Assembly (NCBI GenBank): GCA_051859245.1
Contig: JBHYGA010000004.1
Span: 448,001-512,000 of the forward strand
Length of the DNA stretch: 64,000 nucleotides
Reading direction: 5' to 3'
From: Gemmatimonadaceae bacterium
GTDB lineage: Bacteria > Gemmatimonadota > Gemmatimonadetes > Gemmatimonadales > Gemmatimonadaceae
Each line of letters begins with the position of its first letter. Positions within the stretch are counted from its first letter, which is position 1. Positions 58,754 to 64,000 of the stretch are shown here, one piece after another. The translations under genes and the position numbers were made by a program. The notes beneath the pieces are model-generated. The model ran no database searches. It saw nothing but the letters and a program-made list of their open reading frames with translations, and was not told where the DNA came from.

Positions 58754-59419
58754 TCAGGCGCCCATAGACGAAAGGCCACCACCATGCACCAATGCCGCAA
58801 CGCGTGCGCGCGAACTCACATCAAGTTTCTCGAGCACTTGCTCCACGTGATTGCGCGCGGTGAATCGCGAAATGCCGAGGGCCTGCGCGATTTCTTCATT
58901 CGTGAGCCCATCGGCAACCAGTCGTGCAACACTGGCCTGACGCGGCGTGAGTTCAAAACGCTCCGACAACATGCTCTCAATTTCCTGCGGATCTCGTGGG
59001 GCCACTGCGCCAGTTGCAACCGCGCGTTCACCTGTTGTTTCGGTGCGACCCGTAACCGATGCACGGCGCAACTGCGCATTCACACGCGCCAGCAGTTCCA
59101 TCGTGCCAAACGGTTTGGTCACGTAGTCATCCGCGCCCAGACGAAAGCCCTGCAGCTTGTCGGCCTCCGCACCGCGTGCCGAGAGAATGAGCACCGGACA
59201 CCAGCACTCGGCCTCGCGCACTTGGCTCAGCACACCAAACCCGTCGAGCCCGGGCAGGCCGAGGTCGAGAATCACCAGATCGGGCACGCGACGTTTGATC
59301 GCCATCACGGCGTGTCGTCCGTCGCGCGCCAGATCTACTTCGTGCCCTTCAATCTCGAGATTCGCCTGGAGTCCTTCGGCGATATCGATGTGATCTTCTA
59401 CCACCAGTATGTATGCCAT
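58754..59419 (-). CDS. Response regulator with LuxR-type HTH
   Basis: VVEDH, LDLGLP, GADDYVTKPF, LTPRQ...TARNHV. Confidence 0.92.
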   Translation of the reverse strand: MAYILVVEDHIDIAEGLQANLEIEGHEVDLARDGRHAVMAIKRRVPDLVILDLGLPGLDGFGVLSQVREAECWCPVLILSARGAEADKLQGFRLGADDYVTKPFGTMELLARVNAQLRRASVTGRTETTGERAVATGAVAPRDPQEIESMLSERFELTPRQASVARLVADGLTNEEIAQALGISRFTARNHVEQVLEKLDVSSRARVAALVHGGGLSSMGA

Positions 59420-59477
59420 GACATCAACCTACGGATGGGTGGCGGCGGTCTGACGGGTCACTCGACCCATCGGGGCG

Positions 59478-59563
59478 ATACGACGTTGCATGCGACGTTT
59501 TCAGAGCGATGCGACGTTTGATGCGACATTTTCAGAGCGATGCGACGTTTGATACGACGTTTT
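59478..59563. repeat. Six ATRCGACRTT boxes in a 31-bp periodic array
   Basis: Boxes start at 59478, 59490, 59509, 59521, 59540, 59552. Confidence 0.85.
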
Positions 59564-59575
59564 GAGGCTGGAGCC

Positions 59576-59932
59576 TTATTCGTCCGTCAGAAACACGCTC
59601 AGCAGTCCGCTCACTACGCTCACGATGAGCGAGCCAAGCAGCGCCGAGATAAAGCCGTCTACGGTAAACGCAATGCCAAGGGATCCGGCCAGCCAGCTGG
59701 TGAGCATGAGCAGCAGCGCGTTCAGGACAAAGGTAAAAAGTCCAAGCGTGAGCACCTGCACGGGCAGCGAGAGTACGGTGAGCACCGGCTTGATAAAGGC
59801 GTTCACCACGCCGAACACCAGGGCCACGCCGAGCAGTCCGGGCCACGATCCGGTGTAGTCGATGCCGGTGAGCAGATACGCGGCGACCCAGAGCGCGGCG
59901 GCGTTGGCGATGAGCCGACCAATTGCATTCAT
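59576..59932 (-). CDS. 4-TM phage-holin-like membrane protein (DUF360/YvlD)
   Basis: GVVNAFIKPVL, LTLGLFTFVLNA. Confidence 0.88.
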   Translation of the reverse strand: MNAIGRLIANAAALWVAAYLLTGIDYTGSWPGLLGVALVFGVVNAFIKPVLTVLSLPVQVLTLGLFTFVLNALLLMLTSWLAGSLGIAFTVDGFISALLGSLIVSVVSGLLSVFLTDE

Positions 59933-60156
59933 TGAGTATCGAACGGCGAGAGGAACGTGTTCGAGAGCACTCGGCGCGGCCGGTGTCTCGCTCCGCATGA
60001 CGCTAGTGAGCGTGTGGGCGCTCCGATAGATGGGCTCGCCACGAAGTTTGCCCGTGGCGAGGGGTCGAGAGGGGGCCGCGCGTCGGATGATCCCCGACAC
60101 GATGCGCAGAGATCTCCCGATGGTTGCAGGTCTGCACCGAGCCGACAATACAGGCC

Positions 60157-61125
60157 ATGCATGGAGAACCGACCTCAGCCGCGCGCGCACCCACAGGCCC
60201 AATCCTGGTCGCCTGTAACGGTGCGTCGTGTGCCGACGGACTGTTCGGTGCGGCCCGCGTGGCGGCGGCGGCGCTCGACGCGCGCGTGGAAGTGATCCGT
60301 GTGTGCGAGCCCACGCCGCTGGCCCCCGCATTCGGTGGTGGGATGCACGCCGCACCCGAGCTCGACGCCATGCGCAAGCGGTTGATCTTTGACGAAATGC
60401 GGCGCATGGTCTCGGTGGAACCGATGGCCGATTCGTCCTGGGTGGTTGACGTACAACTCGGCGCGCCGGCCGAAACGCTGGCCAGTGCCGCCGACGCACG
60501 CGACGCGCGGTTGATGATCATGGGGATCGGTCGCCACAATCCACTCGACCGCTTGCTGGGTACGGAGACCACACTGGCCACCCTGCGGCATGTGCGTGTG
60601 CCGATCATGGCCGTAGGCCACGGATTCAGTAGCGCGCCGCAGCGCGCGGTGGTGGGCATGGATTTTTCGCCGGCCAGCATGCGTGCCGCACGTATTGCCA
60701 TGCAACTGCTGGGCGAAAGAGGACGCATGACGCTGGTGCATGTGCGCCCGCGTTTTGACTATCCGAGCGAAGAATGGCGCGCCTGGGATCAGGAATACGC
60801 CCGCAGTCTGGCGCCGCTCTTTGCCGACGCGGTGGCGCAGCTGGCCGCGCCGCGCGGTGTCGCGGTTGAGACGGCAACCGTGCGCGGTGATCCCGCCGGC
60901 GCGCTGCTGGCGTACGCGCAACAATCCGGCGCGGATCTGCTGGCGTTGGGAACGCAGCGACACGGTGTGATTGAACGCCTGCTGATTGGATCGGTGGCCA
61001 CGCGTGTGCTGCGCAATACACGCATTGCCACAATTGTCGCGCCGTCGCCGCAGGCTGCAGGAACGGCAACACCGGTGGCGGCAGACAGCGCACACGATCC
61101 GTGGCGCGCCCAGCCGCACGGTTGA
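60157..61125 (+). CDS. Tandem-domain universal stress protein
   Basis: PILVA, GAPAETL, LLGTET and VVGMDFS, GDPA, LLIGSVATRVLR. Confidence 0.9.
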   Translation: MHGEPTSAARAPTGPILVACNGASCADGLFGAARVAAAALDARVEVIRVCEPTPLAPAFGGGMHAAPELDAMRKRLIFDEMRRMVSVEPMADSSWVVDVQLGAPAETLASAADARDARLMIMGIGRHNPLDRLLGTETTLATLRHVRVPIMAVGHGFSSAPQRAVVGMDFSPASMRAARIAMQLLGERGRMTLVHVRPRFDYPSEEWRAWDQEYARSLAPLFADAVAQLAAPRGVAVETATVRGDPAGALLAYAQQSGADLLALGTQRHGVIERLLIGSVATRVLRNTRIATIVAPSPQAAGTATPVAADSAHDPWRAQPHG

Positions 61126-62139
61126 TCAGAACACGCGCAAGTTGAAATAGCGACGCGGGTTTTTTCTGATATCCTCGAGCAGTGCCCGCAGCTCGACCAC
61201 CGCAGAATCGCTGTTGCGGTAGAGACGATCATCGTTCATTAACAAGCCCAGCGTGCCGTTGCCGCGATTGAGCTTGGTAAACGCGGAATCTGCATTCGCC
61301 ACCGCGTGCTCAAGCTGCACCTGCGTGCGACCAACATCTACAGAGAGCGTGCGCAGCTGCGTGGTGGTGGCCAGCAACTCCTGCGACGCTTTTTTCACGG
61401 TGTTCACGATATCCGTGATTTCGCCGCGACTCGTACTCGCGTCAATGCGGCGCGCAACCGAATCAATGATGGCCGCTGCCGCGGAAAGATCGGCAATACC
61501 GCGCTGCACATCGGCACCAACGACATCGAGATTCTTTGATTGTTTGGCGACCGTGCGCTGCAACTCGCCGGAGAGTTCGGCCAGACTGCGAATGGTGCTG
61601 CGCATTTCCTTGGCGGCGTCGTCATCAAACGCGGTGCGAACGCGGTCCGCAACTTCTGCGACGTCACCGGCGATACGGCCGGCCACCGTGGTGAGTTGTG
61701 CAATGTCGGGCAGCAGCGCACCAGGCAGTGTATCGCGCGCACCACTTGCTTCCGTGATGGCGGCGCGCAGTTCACGATCTACCGGCAACCCATCAGCGCT
61801 CAGAATTGTGGCTTGCCACTCGCCAAACAAACTCGACGAGACGAAAAGAACGACGGGATTGGTTGGCAGCTCTACGCCTTCGTCGAGCGCGAAGCGCACC
61901 ACCACCCATCCGGAATCACCAAGCGCAATCTGATCCACGCGCCCTGTTTTTACACCGCGAATCACCACGGCGCTCCCGAGGCTCACGCCGCCCACATCAC
62001 GCACACGCGCGTGCAACTTGTCGCTCTTGTCGCCGATTGACGACTGATTGACCCAGAGCACGGCGGCGATCATCACAAAGATCACCACCAGCACGGTGGT
62101 GCCGACCACGGCGTCGTTGACGCGCTGTTTGCTCGTCAT
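61126..62139 (-). CDS. mlaD: MCE/MlaD family protein
   Basis: N-terminal TM, GSAVVIRGVKTGRV, SSLFGE, GTLGLL...NPRRY. Confidence 0.85.
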   Translation of the reverse strand: MTSKQRVNDAVVGTTVLVVIFVMIAAVLWVNQSSIGDKSDKLHARVRDVGGVSLGSAVVIRGVKTGRVDQIALGDSGWVVVRFALDEGVELPTNPVVLFVSSSLFGEWQATILSADGLPVDRELRAAITEASGARDTLPGALLPDIAQLTTVAGRIAGDVAEVADRVRTAFDDDAAKEMRSTIRSLAELSGELQRTVAKQSKNLDVVGADVQRGIADLSAAAAIIDSVARRIDASTSRGEITDIVNTVKKASQELLATTTQLRTLSVDVGRTQVQLEHAVANADSAFTKLNRGNGTLGLLMNDDRLYRNSDSAVVELRALLEDIRKNPRRYFNLRVF

Positions 62140-62939
62140 TGCAGAGTTCTCCCGGTGAGCCACACTAGGGCCCAGAATGCGTCGAGCACAAGAATCATCA
62201 CTGCCGAAATCACGACCGCGCGTGTGGCGGCTCCACCAACACCTTGCGCACCGCCCTTGGCATTGAGGCCCGCATAACAGCCAATGAGTGACACCGCCGT
62301 ACCAAAACTCGCCGACTTCACCAATCCGTAGCGCACATCAAACTCGGTGAAAAACAGGCGCACGCCTTTCACAAACTGCGCCGTGCTCACGTCAATCAAC
62401 AGCAATGCTGCCAACCAGCCACTCAACACACCAACGAGCATGGCCGCAGCCACCACAATCGGAAACATGAGCGTGCCGGCGAGCACGCGCGGCACCACGA
62501 GATACGCGTACGGATCGTAGGCGAGTGTTTCCAGTGCGTCGATCTGTTCCGTCACCTTCATGGTGCCAATTTCGGCCGCAATGTTGGCGCCCACACGACC
62601 GGCGAGTGCCAGTCCGGTGAGCACCGGCGCGAGCTCCATAGTGATGGTTTTCTGCACCAGCGTGCCCACAAAGTACGGCGGCACCAGATCACCCACCGAG
62701 TAGTCGGCGAGCATGGCCAGCACGATGCCGGTAAAGAGCGCGATGAAAATGCCGATTGGAATGGAGTCCACGCCAAGCACACGCGCGTGCAGTGACGCGT
62801 GTGGCCACCACGTGGCGGTGTCTGGTACCGCGCGCGCCGTTTCACGCACGAATCGCGCGGCGCGACCGATGGCCTCCATGCCTCGGCGCACCACACCACC
62901 CGTGCGCGCAACAAATGACACGCTCGTGGTCTGCGTCAT
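62136..62939 (-). CDS. mlaE: MlaE family ABC permease
   Basis: ELAPVLTGL, AAEIGTMKVTEQIDALE, LVVPRV, GGAQGVG.ATT-like. Confidence 0.92.
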   Translation of the reverse strand: MTQTTSVSFVARTGGVVRRGMEAIGRAARFVRETARAVPDTATWWPHASLHARVLGVDSIPIGIFIALFTGIVLAMLADYSVGDLVPPYFVGTLVQKTITMELAPVLTGLALAGRVGANIAAEIGTMKVTEQIDALETLAYDPYAYLVVPRVLAGTLMFPIVVAAAMLVGVLSGWLAALLLIDVSTAQFVKGVRLFFTEFDVRYGLVKSASFGTAVSLIGCYAGLNAKGGAQGVGGAATRAVVISAVMILVLDAFWALVWLTGRTLQ

Positions 62940-62988
62940 GACAGACGACCCGCTCGGCGGTGACAATGCATCGCTGCAAATTGCGTGA

Positions 62989-64000
62989 TCACCGCGCGAC
63001 AAGCCATGTGCCGAGGATCAATCCGGCACCACTGGCCAGCGCGAGGGCAATCAATCCAGTGCTGGCGCGCTTCTGAAACGCACGCGACCCCAGGGTGAGG
63101 GTGAGCGTGAGTTTGAGCAATGTGTTGGCAAGCAATCCCACCGCAATGGCCGTGGCGGCCAGCTGACGTTTGGATGCGTCGGCGCCGAGTCGCGACATGG
63201 AGAGGGTGAGTGCGTCCATGTCGGTCAGGCCAAGTGCGGCTGCCGTTACGAGCACGCCGGGTGTGCCAACGGTTTCCTGCAGCCACGCGATGATGAGCAG
63301 CACCACCTGAAAGGCGAGCGCCATTTGCACAGACTGCCAGAGGCCGAGTGGATTGCGCACGCCGTTGCTGCTGGTGGTGGTGGCTGGTGTGTTCGTTTGC
63401 GCTGTGTGTGTGCTGCGCGATTCACGCAACAGAACAAACGTCACGATGCCCGCACCCACAAGAAACGGTGGTGCAAGAAAGGGCAGCACCGCACCACCAA
63501 CATTCGGCTCGAGCAACGAGGACACAATGATCACGCGCGGCACGAGCACCGTGCATGCGGCCACCACACCAAGGCCCAGCGGCTCGGCATACTCCGGTTC
63601 GTTTTTACTTTTGCGACTGAAGTGCAGCGTGACGGCAGTGCTGGAGACAAATCCGCCGAGCAATCCGGTTACGCCATAGCCGCGTTCGTTGCCCACCACT
63701 TGCCGTGCGACATAGCCGGCAAAGTTGAGTCCGGAAAAGAGCAGCACTACAATCCACAGTTCACGCGGACGAATCGCGTCGTACGGACCAAAGCTGCCAC
63801 TCGGCAGCAGCGGCAGCACCACGAGCGCGAGCACGGCGAACTGCAGCGCGGCGCGCATTTCATGTTCGTCAACTCTTTTGAGCCACCCCTGCACGCGTGA
63901 TTTTTCAATCAGCGCGAAGGCCATGAGCGCAGTGAGTCCGCTGGCGAGTGCGAGCCAGCCGAGTCCGGCCATGGTGCCTACCGCGAGCACGGCAAGCGCC
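62989..64000 (-). CDS. MgtC/SapB-DUF4010 membrane protein, 5'-truncated by window edge
   Basis: VVLPLLP, GGFVSSTAVT, GLTDMDA, ANTLLK. Confidence 0.85.
   Translation of the reverse strand, partial: ALAVLAVGTMAGLGWLALASGLTALMAFALIEKSRVQGWLKRVDEHEMRAALQFAVLALVVLPLLPSGSFGPYDAIRPRELWIVVLLFSGLNFAGYVARQVVGNERGYGVTGLLGGFVSSTAVTLHFSRKSKNEPEYAEPLGLGVVAACTVLVPRVIIVSSLLEPNVGGAVLPFLAPPFLVGAGIVTFVLLRESRSTHTAQTNTPATTTSSNGVRNPLGLWQSVQMALAFQVVLLIIAWLQETVGTPGVLVTAAALGLTDMDALTLSMSRLGADASKRQLAATAIAVGLLANTLLKLTLTLTLGSRAFQKRASTGLIALALASGAGLILGTWLVAR

Noticed and set aside
59478..59563. Possible mini-CRISPR array
   Set aside because: Units are tandem with identical intervening sequence, no unique spacers, and no cas genes in the window.
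59576..59932. Prophage suggested by holin-like gene
   Set aside because: DUF360-type proteins are common chromosomal genes and no phage genes flank it.
61126..62939. mlaE-mlaD without adjacent mlaF ATPase
   Set aside because: The ATPase is often encoded elsewhere, so this cannot be called unusual from this window.

Overview
GC-rich bacterial chromosomal window. The gene repertoire (carboxypeptidase-regulatory-domain paralogs, DUF4097, TPR/AraC pairs) suggests Gemmatimonadota, but this is an inference. Housekeeping and membrane genes include a KaiC-like ATPase plus hybrid kinase, site-2 protease, VIT1, queF, tRNA-Phe(GAA), 4-coumarate-CoA-ligase-like enzyme, MoxR/DUF58 operon, trxA, TonB receptor, two-component system, USP and mlaE/mlaD. 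Two accessory blocks stand out. (1) About 13.5-26.5 kb, downstream of tRNA-Phe, carries redox and transport genes, a MarR gene with a readable palindromic operator in its promoters, and a structured terminator/antiterminator leader before a glutamate dehydrogenase operon. (2) About 37.3-42.7 kb is a visibly less GC-rich cassette bracketed by two ~93%-identical copies of one gene. It encodes two paralogous secreted 8-cysteine miniproteins, a third Cys peptide, a DsbA whose CxxC segment is deleted, a secreted beta-propeller protein and a divergent TPR + AraC regulator pair. This cassette is the best candidate for an undescribed system. No CRISPR array, rRNA, integrase or transposase was seen. 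Product calls rest on motif recognition only, no database search was run, and start codons are best guesses.
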